A stretch of DNA of 64,000 nt from Spirochaetia bacterium (GCA_030041455.1 JASHNV010000119.1:96443-160442); one strand, 5' to 3'. Positions 8,287 to 19,353 are shown, counted from the first letter of the stretch. Numbers and translations are program-made. Notes: a model not told the origin generated them from the letters alone.

Positions 8287-9333
8287 TCAGTCTTGGCTTT
8301 GTCCGTTCGACACCGCGCTGTTGTCTCCGGTAAAGTCAAGATAACGCATCGGGTCGACGACCTCGGAGCCGAGGTGAACCTCGAAGTGAACGTGCGGCCC
8401 GGTCGAAAGCCCCGTGGATCCCATGAGGCCGATGACCTGCCCCTGCTTCACCTCGTCGCCCTCGTTCGCGTAGACCCGCTCCATGTGGCCGTACTTCGTG
8501 TAGAAGCCGTAGCGGTGGCGGATCACGACGTAGTTGCCGTAGCCGAGCGCCTCGTATCCTCGCTCGACGACCTTGCCGTCCGCCGCCGCGAGGATCGGCG
8601 TTCCGTAGCCGTACGCGATGTCCACGCCGAGGTGGAGGTACATCTGGTGGGTGAAGGGCTGAATCGCCGGCCCAAAAGGCGTCGTGATGACCCCGACGCC
8701 CCCGGCGACCGGCCAGAGGGTCGGAAGCTCCACGAGAAGCTTTGAATGGGAAACGAACAGCGAGTTGATCTTGTCGAGCGAGCCGACCGATCGGTTCAGG
8801 AGCGCGGTGAGGCTCTGCAGGTCCGCCCGCGCCTGGAGCGAGCCCTGATCCTGCTCGCTCACCTCCTGAAGCGAAGCGAGATCGCCGTTGGGAGTCTCGG
8901 AGTCGTCGCTCGGGTTGTTGAGGGCGAGCACGTTCATGGTCTTGCTCAGGGTCGTCTGAAATACGTGGGAGACGCGGTCGAGGTCGTTGATCTGGTCGCG
9001 AAGGACCTCGAGGCTCGCCTCGGAGCTGTCTAGGCTCTGCGAGCGCGCGGTGAGAAGCCTCGACATGCCGCTGAAATTCGTGCTGAAAACGAAGAACGTG
9101 AAGAAGATCCCGCCGAGGAGGATCCCGAGGAAAACGATGGAAAAGACCGAGATGCGAAAATTGAAGATCTTTTTCTCGGAGTGCGGAATGAGCATGACGG
9201 TGAAGCGCTGGCGGCCGAGCGCCACGACTTTGCGGACGAACCCGGACAGGGCGTTCTCGACGATGCGAAGCCGCTTCCCGATATCGTCGATCACCCGGCT
9301 TTCGATCTTCTTATAATGGTTCAGTGGCGACAC
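8287..9333 (-). CDS. M23-family peptidase with N-terminal TM and coiled coil
   Basis: GAGGAG SD plus GTG 9333; HLGVD (HxxxD), YGHM, STGPHVHFEV (HxH). Confidence 0.9.
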   Translation of the reverse strand: MSPLNHYKKIESRVIDDIGKRLRIVENALSGFVRKVVALGRQRFTVMLIPHSEKKIFNFRISVFSIVFLGILLGGIFFTFFVFSTNFSGMSRLLTARSQSLDSSEASLEVLRDQINDLDRVSHVFQTTLSKTMNVLALNNPSDDSETPNGDLASLQEVSEQDQGSLQARADLQSLTALLNRSVGSLDKINSLFVSHSKLLVELPTLWPVAGGVGVITTPFGPAIQPFTHQMYLHLGVDIAYGYGTPILAAADGKVVERGYEALGYGNYVVIRHRYGFYTKYGHMERVYANEGDEVKQGQVIGLMGSTGLSTGPHVHFEVHLGSEVVDPMRYLDFTGDNSAVSNGQSQD

Positions 9334-9390
9334 CGTCCGCTCCTCACACCTAGGGCAGCATATCCTGCATACGCAGACCGTACTCACGAC

Positions 9391-9420
9391 AGACTACCAT
9401 AGGTCGAAAACATTTGTCAA
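9391..9420 (-). promoter_or_regulatory. sigma70 promoter for the M23-bactofilin-yaaR operon
   Basis: TTGACA-N18-TAGTCT with TGn extension. Confidence 0.6.
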
Positions 9421-9427
9421 ATTGTTG

Positions 9428-9456
9428 TTGACTGCCCATGATCTTCGTGCTATTGT
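9428..9456 (+). promoter_or_regulatory. sigma70 promoter for tatD
   Basis: TTGACT-N17-TATTGT with TGn extension. Confidence 0.7.
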
Positions 9457-9528
9457 TTCCTGAAATACTCGTCTTCCTTGCTAGGAAAGAGTTTCATAAT
9501 CCTTTTCTTCACAACTGGAAAAAATCGT

Positions 9529-10302
9529 ATGCATTTTTTTGATACTCACGCGCACATCGGTCTGATTCACGAGGACCCTATCGAACAACTTATCATTGTT
9601 CAACAGGCCCGGCAAGAAGGGGTCTCGCACGTCGTGAGCATCTGCAACAACCTGCACGACTTCTTCCAGATCTACGAGAATCTTCAAACCGCCGCGAACG
9701 TGTATCACGCCGTGGGGGTCTCCCCGTCGGAGGTGTCGCACCCCGGCCGGGACTGGGAGCTCAAGATCGAGAAGGGGGTCAAGCTCGATCGAGTCGTCGC
9801 CATCGGGGAGATCGGGCTCGATTACTACCGGAAGTTCGGCAATCGGGACGACCAGATCGAGCTCTTCATCCGCCAGATCGAGATCGCCGACCGGCTCGGC
9901 CTTCCGGTGATCATTCATAACCGCGACGCGGGCAAGGACGTCCTCGAGATCCTTAAGGAGAAGAATCCCGCGCGCGGAGCGATCCTCCACTGCTACTCGG
10001 AGGACTGGGAATACGCGAAGAAGGCGCTCCAATTGAACGTATTCATCTCCTTCGCCGGCAACGTCACCTACCGCAACGCCAAGAATCTCCACGAGACCGC
10101 GAAGAACATCCCCGTCGATCGGATGCTCATAGAATCGGAGAGCCCCTTCATGGTTCCGGCAGCCTACCGGGGGAAGCGCAACATGCCCGCCTACATCCAC
10201 GCGACCGCCGAGTTCGTCTCCGAGCTCCGCGAGCAGCCCGTCGAGGAGCTGAGCGAGACCCTCTACCAGAACTCGCTCCGCTTCTTCGGAATCGCCGAAT
10301 AG
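9529..10302 (+). CDS. tatD: TatD-family nuclease/hydrolase
   Basis: ATG 9529; DTHAH, GEIGLDY, IIHNRDA, LHCYS, ESESP. Confidence 0.92.
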   Translation: MHFFDTHAHIGLIHEDPIEQLIIVQQARQEGVSHVVSICNNLHDFFQIYENLQTAANVYHAVGVSPSEVSHPGRDWELKIEKGVKLDRVVAIGEIGLDYYRKFGNRDDQIELFIRQIEIADRLGLPVIIHNRDAGKDVLEILKEKNPARGAILHCYSEDWEYAKKALQLNVFISFAGNVTYRNAKNLHETAKNIPVDRMLIESESPFMVPAAYRGKRNMPAYIHATAEFVSELREQPVEELSETLYQNSLRFFGIAE

Positions 10303-10336
10303 CGGCTCGCCCATCCCGGCCTCGCGGAGGGCGGCC

Positions 10337-10364
10337 TTGACCGAACTTCGCCCGTGATGATACT
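10337..10364 (+). promoter_or_regulatory. Candidate sigma70 promoter for the pur cluster
   Basis: TTGACC-N16-GATACT (register uncertain). Confidence 0.45.
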
Positions 10365-11760
10365 TAATCCTGTGGACAAGACCGTCAGCCTCGGCCACAA
10401 CTGCGGCGTTGTCGGCATCTACTCGTCGGAAGAACAGAACATCCCCGAGAAGCTCTTCTACGCCCTTTTCTCGCTGCAGCACCGGGGACAGGAGAGCGCC
10501 GGCATCGCCTACCGCAACCGGGACGAGCTCGTCGTGTACAAGGACCTCGGCATGGTCTCGAGCGTTCTTTCGCGCTACCTCGGCGAAGGGCGCCAGTCGA
10601 CGGTCGGCATCGGTCACGTCCGCTACTCGACGCAGGGCGGAAATCGGATCGAGAACGCGCAGCCGATCCTCGTGAGCTGCAACAAGGGCGACATCGCCCT
10701 CGCGCACAACGGCAACATCTCCAACGCGAAGACCCTCACCGCGAGGCTCGGCTCGGAGGGCTCGATCTTCCAGAGCACGTCGGACTCCGAGCTCATCCTC
10801 CACCTGATCGCCCGATCGCGGCAGCCGGATTTCGAGGGGGCGCTCGCCGAGGTGCTGCCGCAGATCGAGGGCGCCTACAGCATGGTCATGGTGCACGAGC
10901 GGACCCTCTACGCGCTTCGCGATCCGCTCGGCTTCCGGCCGCTCTACGTCGGAGTGAAGGGCTCCGCCACCGTCGTCGCCTCGGAGACCTGCGCGCTCGA
11001 CATCCTCCAGATCACCGACTACCGCTCGGTGCGGCCGGGGGAGATGATCCGCGTGGGCCCGGACGGCAGGCGCGACGAGATCGTCGCGCGGAGCGAGCGC
11101 CTCGCGCAGTGCGTCTTCGAGCTCATCTACTTCGCACGGCCCGATTCGTACGTTTTCGACGAATCGGTCCACCAGATGCGAAAGCGCATGGGCGCGGCGC
11201 TCGCCGCCGCCGACGCCGTGAAGGCGGACGTCGTCGTCCCGGTCCCCGACTCCGGCAACAGCGCCGCGCTCGGCTACGCGGAGGCGGCGGGAATCCCCTT
11301 CGAGCAGGGCCTCACCCGCAACCACTACGCGGGGCGCTCCTTCATCATGCCGACCAGCGCGCAACGCGAGTTCGTCGTCCGCATGAAGCTGCACCCGGTA
11401 AAGTCGGTCATCGAGGGCAAGCGGGTCGTGCTCATCGACGACTCGCTCGTGCGCGGGACGACGAGCCGAACCCTCGTGAAGCTCATCAAGGACGCCGGCG
11501 CGCGCGAGGTCCACCTGAGGCTCACCTCCCCCGAGCTCAAGTGGCCCTGCTACTTCGGAATCGACATACCCACCCGCAAGGAGCTCATCTCCAACAGCAT
11601 GAGCCCGGGGCAGATCGCGGAGCACATCGGCGCGGACTCCGTGGTGTTCCTCTCGATCGAGAGGCTGAAGGAGTGCGTCGGCTCGTCGGCGAAGTACTGC
11701 TTCGCCTGCTTCAGCGGCGAGTACCCGATCGCGGTTCGGGACCGGCGCGACGAGGAATGA
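10354..11760 (+). CDS. purF: Amidophosphoribosyltransferase (start uncertain; GTG 10372 plausible)
   Basis: N-CGVVG nucleophile, LQHRGQESAG, GHVRYST, AHNGN, CVFELIYFARPDS, VLIDDSLVRGTTS, CFACFSGEYP. Confidence 0.97.
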   Translation: MMILNPVDKTVSLGHNCGVVGIYSSEEQNIPEKLFYALFSLQHRGQESAGIAYRNRDELVVYKDLGMVSSVLSRYLGEGRQSTVGIGHVRYSTQGGNRIENAQPILVSCNKGDIALAHNGNISNAKTLTARLGSEGSIFQSTSDSELILHLIARSRQPDFEGALAEVLPQIEGAYSMVMVHERTLYALRDPLGFRPLYVGVKGSATVVASETCALDILQITDYRSVRPGEMIRVGPDGRRDEIVARSERLAQCVFELIYFARPDSYVFDESVHQMRKRMGAALAAADAVKADVVVPVPDSGNSAALGYAEAAGIPFEQGLTRNHYAGRSFIMPTSAQREFVVRMKLHPVKSVIEGKRVVLIDDSLVRGTTSRTLVKLIKDAGAREVHLRLTSPELKWPCYFGIDIPTRKELISNSMSPGQIAEHIGADSVVFLSIERLKECVGSSAKYCFACFSGEYPIAVRDRRDEE

Positions 11761-12725
11761 CGATGGGAATCAACTCCTACTCCGCGGCCGGAGTCGATAT
11801 CGACCGGGGGGACCGCTTCGTCGAGTTCATCCGGGGCATGGGCTCCCGGGCGGTCTCCCGCGCGATCGGCGGCTTCGCGGGCGGCATGGAGCTCGACCTT
11901 CACGGCGCGCGGCATCCGGTCCTCCTCACCACGACCGACGGCGTCGGCACGAAGCTCCTCGTCGCGCGGCGGCTGCGGCGGTACGACACCGTCGGAATCG
12001 ATCTCGTGGCGACGTGCGCGAACGACCTCGCGGTGTGCGGCGCCAAACCGCTGCTGTTCCTCGATTACATCGCGGCCGGCCGCCTCGATGAGTCGGCGCT
12101 TCACCCCTTGATGAAGGGCATCGTCGAGGGCTGCGAGCGCGCGGGCTGCACGCTCGCGGGCGGCGAGACCGCCGAGATGCCCGACCTCTACGCGCGGGAG
12201 GACTTCGATCTCGCCGGCTTCGCGGTCGGGATCGTCGAGCGCGACGATATGCTCCCGAAGCTCGACCGCATCGAGGCGGGCGACGCGCTCCTCGCGCTCG
12301 CCTCCTCGGGCATCCACTCGAACGGCCTCTCCCTCGCGCGCAAGGCGCTCGCCGACGCGCCCGACAGCCTCTGGGAGGAGCTCCTCACGCCCACGAGGAT
12401 CTACGTTCGCGAGATGATGAGCCTCGTCGCGACCGGCAAGGTCCTCGCGGCCGCGCACGTGACCGGAGGCGGCCTCGAGGGCAATCTCAGCCGCGTGATC
12501 CCCCCGGCGCTCAAGCCGTCCTACACCCGCGAATGGAGCGTCCCGTCGATTTTCAAGACGATCCAGGAGCGCGGAGGGGTACGCGACGAGGAGATGCGCC
12601 GGGTGTTCAACATGGGCATCGGAGTCGCCTTCGTGGTGAAGCGCGCCGAGCGCGCGGGCCTCCTCGCGCAGGCGGCCCGGGACGGCATCGAGGTCATGGA
12701 GATCGGAGAGCTCGTAGGTGGCTAG
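11757..12725 (+). CDS. purM: Phosphoribosylformylglycinamidine cyclo-ligase (AIR synthetase)
   Basis: ATG 11757 (ATGA overlap); YSAAGVDI, TDGVGTKL, GGETAEMP, SSGIHSNG, HVTGGG, VFNMGIG; tail of ORF 11109..12725. Confidence 0.96.
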   Translation: MTMGINSYSAAGVDIDRGDRFVEFIRGMGSRAVSRAIGGFAGGMELDLHGARHPVLLTTTDGVGTKLLVARRLRRYDTVGIDLVATCANDLAVCGAKPLLFLDYIAAGRLDESALHPLMKGIVEGCERAGCTLAGGETAEMPDLYAREDFDLAGFAVGIVERDDMLPKLDRIEAGDALLALASSGIHSNGLSLARKALADAPDSLWEELLTPTRIYVREMMSLVATGKVLAAAHVTGGGLEGNLSRVIPPALKPSYTREWSVPSIFKTIQERGGVRDEEMRRVFNMGIGVAFVVKRAERAGLLAQAARDGIEVMEIGELVGG

Positions 12726-13284
12726 CCTTGCCGTCTTCGCGTCGGGCTCGGGCTCGAACTTCGAGGCGATCGCGGAGGCGGTGGCGGGCAGCCGCCACAC
12801 GCTGAGCTGCCTCGTCTGCGACCGGCCCGGCGCCGGGGCGCTCGACAGGGCGAAGCGCCTCGGGGTTCCGAGCCACGTCGTGGAGTACCGGGGTCGCTCG
12901 CGCGAGGAAGCCGAGCGCGAGATTCTCCGCCTCCTCGGCGGCTATGCGGTGGGGCTCGTCGCGCTTGCCGGCTACATGCGGCTCCTCACGCCGCTCCTCG
13001 TCGACCGGTACCTCATCGTGAACATCCACCCGGCGCTCCTGCCGCGGCATCCCGGCGCCCACGGACTTGCTGAAAGTTTCAATTCGCCCGATACTGAGCT
13101 CGGAATCACGATCCACCGGGTCGACCACGGCATGGACACCGGCCCCATCATCCGGCAGGAACGGTTCAAGCGCACAGGCGACGAGACAATCGATGAGATC
13201 GAATGCGCCATTCACGACCTTGAGCACCGGAGCTATCCGAAGGTCATTGTAGACTTGCTCGATGGCATGGAACGCGAACCCTAG
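12718..13284 (+). CDS. purN: Phosphoribosylglycinamide formyltransferase
   Basis: ASGSGSNFEAI, LAGYMRLL, NIHPALLP, GMDTGPII. Confidence 0.95.
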   Translation: MASLAVFASGSGSNFEAIAEAVAGSRHTLSCLVCDRPGAGALDRAKRLGVPSHVVEYRGRSREEAEREILRLLGGYAVGLVALAGYMRLLTPLLVDRYLIVNIHPALLPRHPGAHGLAESFNSPDTELGITIHRVDHGMDTGPIIRQERFKRTGDETIDEIECAIHDLEHRSYPKVIVDLLDGMEREP

Positions 13285-13293
13285 GAGGAAGCG

Positions 13294-14547
13294 GTGAAAG
13301 TTCTTGTCTTGGGCTCCGGCGGCCGCGAGCACGCGTTGGCCTGGAAGTTCTCGAAAAGCAGGCTCATCTCGGGCCTCTACGTGGCGCCCGGCAACGCCGG
13401 GACCGAGGAGATCGCCGAGAATCTCGTCGGGCTGAACGCCCTCGACTGCGACGCGGTCGTCGCCACGTGCCGGGACAAGAAGATCGACGTCGTCTTCGTC
13501 GGCCCTGAGGAGCCGCTCGCCGCCGGGCTCGTCGACCGCCTGAACGAGGAGAAGATCCCGGCCTTCGGCCCGCACGCCCAGGCCGCGATGCTCGAGTCGA
13601 GCAAGGCTTTCGCGAAGAAATTCATGGCGTCGCACGGGATCCCGACCGCGCAGTCGCGGGAGTTCGCGTCGTTCCCGGAGTTCGAGGCGCACATGAAGAC
13701 CCGAAGGACGCGCGCCGTCGTGAAAAAGAGCGGCCTCGCCGCCGGAAAGGGCGTTCTCGATTCCGACAACCGCGACGAGCAGCTGAAGTTCGGCCGCTCG
13801 GTCCTCAAGACCGACCGGCTCGTCGTCGAGGATTACCTGAGCGGCACCGAGCTCTCGCTCTTCGCGCTGTGCGACGGCGTCGACCACCTCCTCCTCCCCG
13901 TGGCCGCCGACTTCAAGAAAGCGCACGACAACGACCTCGGCAAGAACACCGGCGGAATGGGCGCGGTCTGCCCGGTGCCGAGCGTGGAGGCGAGGGTCCT
14001 CGAGGGCATCACGAGAGAGATCGTCGAGCCTACGTTCAAGGGGCTCGCCGAGCAGGGCCTCGCCTACCGGGGAGTGCTCTACTTCGGTCTCATGCAGACC
14101 GCCGACGGGCCGCGGCTCCTCGAGTACAACGTGCGCTTCGGCGACCCGGAGACGCAGGTGCTCCTGCCGCTCATCGAGTCGGACTTCGGCAATCTCGTCG
14201 AGGCGGTGGTGCAGGGTCGGCTCAAGGACTTCCCGCTCCACCTGTCGAACAACTCGGCGCTCGGGGTCGTGGTCGCGAGCAAGGGCTACCCCGACTCCTA
14301 CAAGACGGGGATCCCCGTTCGGTCGCTTCCGACCCCGCACGAGAGCGAGGGGATGGTCTTCCACGCAGGCACGAGGCTCGGCGGCGACGGCCAGATCGTC
14401 ACCGCGGGCGGGCGGTGCTTCACCGTCGTCGGGATCGGCCCGAACCTGCTCACCGCCGACATGCGCGCCTACGACGCCGTCTCCAAGGTTCAGTTCGACG
14501 GCGCGTGGAGCCGCAAGGACATCGGGAAGAAATTCTTTATCGATTAA
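13294..14547 (+). CDS. purD: Phosphoribosylamine-glycine ligase
   Basis: MKVLVLGSGGREHAL, VGPEEPL, GLAAGKGV, NTGGMGA, EYNVRFGDPETQ. Confidence 0.97.
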   Translation: MKVLVLGSGGREHALAWKFSKSRLISGLYVAPGNAGTEEIAENLVGLNALDCDAVVATCRDKKIDVVFVGPEEPLAAGLVDRLNEEKIPAFGPHAQAAMLESSKAFAKKFMASHGIPTAQSREFASFPEFEAHMKTRRTRAVVKKSGLAAGKGVLDSDNRDEQLKFGRSVLKTDRLVVEDYLSGTELSLFALCDGVDHLLLPVAADFKKAHDNDLGKNTGGMGAVCPVPSVEARVLEGITREIVEPTFKGLAEQGLAYRGVLYFGLMQTADGPRLLEYNVRFGDPETQVLLPLIESDFGNLVEAVVQGRLKDFPLHLSNNSALGVVVASKGYPDSYKTGIPVRSLPTPHESEGMVFHAGTRLGGDGQIVTAGGRCFTVVGIGPNLLTADMRAYDAVSKVQFDGAWSRKDIGKKFFID

Positions 14548-14557
14548 AGGAGCAGCC

Positions 14558-14965
14558 GTGAAGGATATCCTGTTTATCATCGGCTCGGAGTCCGACCGGC
14601 CGAGCGTGGCGCCCGGAGTCGAGCTCATCGAGAAGAAGGGGCTCTCCTACGACCTTGTCGTCTACTCCGCGCACCGCCAGCTTCCGGAGCTCGTCGAGTT
14701 TCTGAAGTCGGCCGACGGCGACTACCGGGTCGTCATCGCCGCGGCGGGCCTCGCCGCCGCGCTCCCCGGAGTGGTCGCTTCGCAGGTGAAGCGGCCCGTA
14801 ATCGGGGTGCCGCTCGTCGCGGGTCAGCTCGGCGGCGTGGACGCGCTCCTCGCGATCCTGCAGCTCCCGAACGGCGTCCCGGTGGCGACCATGGGGATCG
14901 GCAAGCAGGGCGTTCAGAACGCCATTCACCTCGCGGAGCGCATCGTCCGCGCGCCGAGCGGCTAG
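14558..14965 (+). CDS. purE: PurE-family AIR carboxylase/N5-CAIR mutase (short, divergent)
   Basis: GSESD, SAHR, AAAGLAAALPG, PVIGVP, GVDALLAILQLPNGVPVAT. Confidence 0.9.
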   Translation: MKDILFIIGSESDRPSVAPGVELIEKKGLSYDLVVYSAHRQLPELVEFLKSADGDYRVVIAAAGLAAALPGVVASQVKRPVIGVPLVAGQLGGVDALLAILQLPNGVPVATMGIGKQGVQNAIHLAERIVRAPSG

Positions 14966-15696
14966 AACGCGAAGCCCTGCCTGCGGCGCGCCTCGTAGAG
15001 GAGGATGCCCGCGGCAACCGACACGTTGAGCGAGTCGACGCGGCCCCCGGACGGGATAGCGACGAGGCGGTCGCACGTCTCGGCGACGAGCCGGCTCATG
15101 CCCGAGCCCTCGCTTCCCATGACGAGGAGGAGGCGCTCGGAGAGCTCGACGCGGTCGATCCGCTCTCCGCGGGGATCGGCGCCGTAGGTCCAGAAACCCG
15201 CCTCTTTCAGCCGCTCGATCGCGCGGGTGAGGTTCGTGACGGTGAGGGTCGGAACGTAGGAGGAGGCGCCTGAGGAGCTCCGGGCGACCGCCTCCGTCGC
15301 GCCGGCCGCCCTGCGCTCCGGAAGGAGGACGAGGTCGACGCGAAACTGGTCGGCGCTCCTCAAGACCGCTCCGAGATTCCGGGGATCGGTCACCCCGTCA
15401 AGCGCGAGCACGAGCGCGCGTTCTCCGCTCAGGCCCGAGACGAACTCCTCGAGCGTCGCCCGCCTCGCGGTCGCGACGCCCCTGACCTCGAGGACCGCTC
15501 CCCGGTGATCGGCGGCCGCGCACAGACGGTCGAGCGCCTCGGGGGAATCGCGGCGGATCTTCACGCCGCGTCTGCGCGCGAGCGCGGCGAGGCGCTCGAT
15601 GCGGGAGTTGTCGCGCGCGAGGTGGAGAACGCCCGAAACCGCCTCCCCCTTCAGACGCTCCTCGATCGCGTGGTAGCCGGTGAGGATCTCGCTCAT
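14962..15696 (-). CDS. rlmB: 23S rRNA (Gm2251) 2'-O-methyltransferase, SpoU family
   Basis: LDGVTDPRNLGAVLRSA, VMGSEGSGM, IPSGGRVDSLNVSVAAGILLYE. Confidence 0.92.
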   Translation of the reverse strand: MSEILTGYHAIEERLKGEAVSGVLHLARDNSRIERLAALARRRGVKIRRDSPEALDRLCAAADHRGAVLEVRGVATARRATLEEFVSGLSGERALVLALDGVTDPRNLGAVLRSADQFRVDLVLLPERRAAGATEAVARSSSGASSYVPTLTVTNLTRAIERLKEAGFWTYGADPRGERIDRVELSERLLLVMGSEGSGMSRLVAETCDRLVAIPSGGRVDSLNVSVAAGILLYEARRRQGFAF

Positions 15697-16178
15697 CGAG
15701 GGGCGCTCCGTCCGGCCGGATCGATCGCCGCGCCGGACGGAGCGCTCGGGGCGGGGGGCCCCTCCTTCGGCCCGAAGACCTTCACGACGTCGAACACCCC
15801 GTCGTCGCGCGTGGAGCGCTCGTAGCGCTCGACGTAGATCCCCTCCCTCAGCCAGACCTTGAGGTCGATCTTGCCGTTGTAGCGGGTGTCCACCTCGACG
15901 CGCGAGAGCACGCCGTTCGTGTAATAATAGAAGGTGTCCATCCTCCCGTCGCCGTTCGTGTCGATCTCCTCCTCGATCTTCCTTCCCCGCGAATCGAAGC
16001 GGAGGATGTAGTCGACGAAGCCGCGGCCCGCGGAGTCTTTCTCGAGGCGGACGACGCCGCCGCCCTCGTCGACGTAACGGTCCGGAAGGCCCGCCCGCGG
16101 GGCGCTCTGCGCGGAGAGGCCGGTCGCAAGGCCTGCGAGGAGGAGAAGCGAGGCTATCCGGAGCAGGCTCGTTCGCAC
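15693..16178 (-). CDS. Secreted hypothetical protein with four DxDxDG-like beta-hairpin repeats
   Basis: GTG 16178; signal peptide; KDSAGRGFVD, IDTNGDGRMD, VDTRYNGKID, STRDDGVFD; tail of ORF 15693..16853. Confidence 0.75.
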   Translation of the reverse strand: MRTSLLRIASLLLLAGLATGLSAQSAPRAGLPDRYVDEGGGVVRLEKDSAGRGFVDYILRFDSRGRKIEEEIDTNGDGRMDTFYYYTNGVLSRVEVDTRYNGKIDLKVWLREGIYVERYERSTRDDGVFDVVKVFGPKEGPPAPSAPSGAAIDPAGRSAPR

Positions 16179-16234
16179 CCTAGACCTTCGACAGGCGGCA
16201 GGGCATTCTTGAGCCCGGCCGTCCGCTTTCGCGC

Positions 16235-17365
16235 TTAGCGAAGCTCCGAAAGCGAGATCGGATCGGGGCTTTCCACTTCGCCCTGGATCGTCGCGAGCTC
16301 CTTCAGGAGATCGCGGGCGCGCGGAGAGAGCTTCGCGGGAATCTGCACGAGGATCTTCACGAACAGATCCCCCCGCCGGTTCGGATTGTGGAGGTAGGGA
16401 ATGCCCTCGGCGTGAATCCGCATCGTCTTGCCGTTCTGGGTGCCCGGCGGAATCTTGAGCTTGATCTTCTTCTCGTCGAGGGTGGCGACGAGGAGGTCGG
16501 CGCCGAGAGCCGCCTGGGTGATCGAGATCGGAATCGCGCAGTAGAGGTCGTTGTCCTGGCGCTCGAAATGCTTGTGGGGGTGGACGGACACGTAGACGTA
16601 GAGGTCGCCGGGCGGGCCGCCGTTCGGGCCTGAGTCGCCCTGCTCGGGAATGCTGATTCGCTTGCCCGACTCCATCCCCGGCGGGATGGCGACCTTGATC
16701 TTCTGGTTCTTCGCGCTGAGGCCCGTTCCGCCGCAGGAGCGGCAGGGGTGCTCGATGATGAAGCCCTCTCCCGAGCAGGTCGCGCAGGGCGAGGCGATCG
16801 AGAAAAAGCCCGAGCTCCTGCGGACCTGTCCGCTTCCGCCGCACGTCGGGCACATTTTCTTGCCGCTTCCGGATTCCGCGCCGCTTCCGCCGCAGACCGA
16901 GCAGGCGAAGTTCCGCTGGTAGCCGATCTCGACTTTCGTTCCGAAGACGGCGTCCTTGAAGGCGATCTCGAGATTGTAGCGCAGGTCGGAACCGCGCGCG
17001 GAGGTCGTCTCGCCGCGGCGCCGGCCGCTCCGTCCGGCGCCGGAGCCGAAGAACGACTCGAAGATGCCCGAGAAATCCCCGAAGATGTCCTCGAACTCGT
17101 GGAACACCGTCGAGTAGTCGTGCGCGCCGCTTCCGACCCCCTCCACGCCCGCGAAGCCGAACTGGTCGTAGGCCTTGCGCCTCTTCTCGTCGCGGAGAAC
17201 CTCGTAGGCCTCGGTCGCCTCCTTGAACTTCTCCTCGGCGCCCTTGTCGCCCGGATTCCGGTCGGGGTGGTACTTGACGGCGAGCTTTCGATAGGCCTTC
17301 TTGATCTCGTCGAGAGCGCTGTCCTTCGCTACGTCGAGGACCTCGTAGTAGTCGCGCTTTGCCAA
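16235..17365 (-). CDS. dnaJ: Chaperone DnaJ
   Basis: HPD J-domain, G/F region, four CxxCxGxG motifs; TTG start. Confidence 0.98.
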   Translation of the reverse strand: MAKRDYYEVLDVAKDSALDEIKKAYRKLAVKYHPDRNPGDKGAEEKFKEATEAYEVLRDEKRRKAYDQFGFAGVEGVGSGAHDYSTVFHEFEDIFGDFSGIFESFFGSGAGRSGRRRGETTSARGSDLRYNLEIAFKDAVFGTKVEIGYQRNFACSVCGGSGAESGSGKKMCPTCGGSGQVRRSSGFFSIASPCATCSGEGFIIEHPCRSCGGTGLSAKNQKIKVAIPPGMESGKRISIPEQGDSGPNGGPPGDLYVYVSVHPHKHFERQDNDLYCAIPISITQAALGADLLVATLDEKKIKLKIPPGTQNGKTMRIHAEGIPYLHNPNRRGDLFVKILVQIPAKLSPRARDLLKELATIQGEVESPDPISLSELR

Positions 17366-17421
17366 GGTGTCAGCTCTTCCCCGCTCGACACGGGCGCGTC
17401 GCGCTCGGCGACGGGAAGAGG

Positions 17422-19353
<1,932 letters not shown>

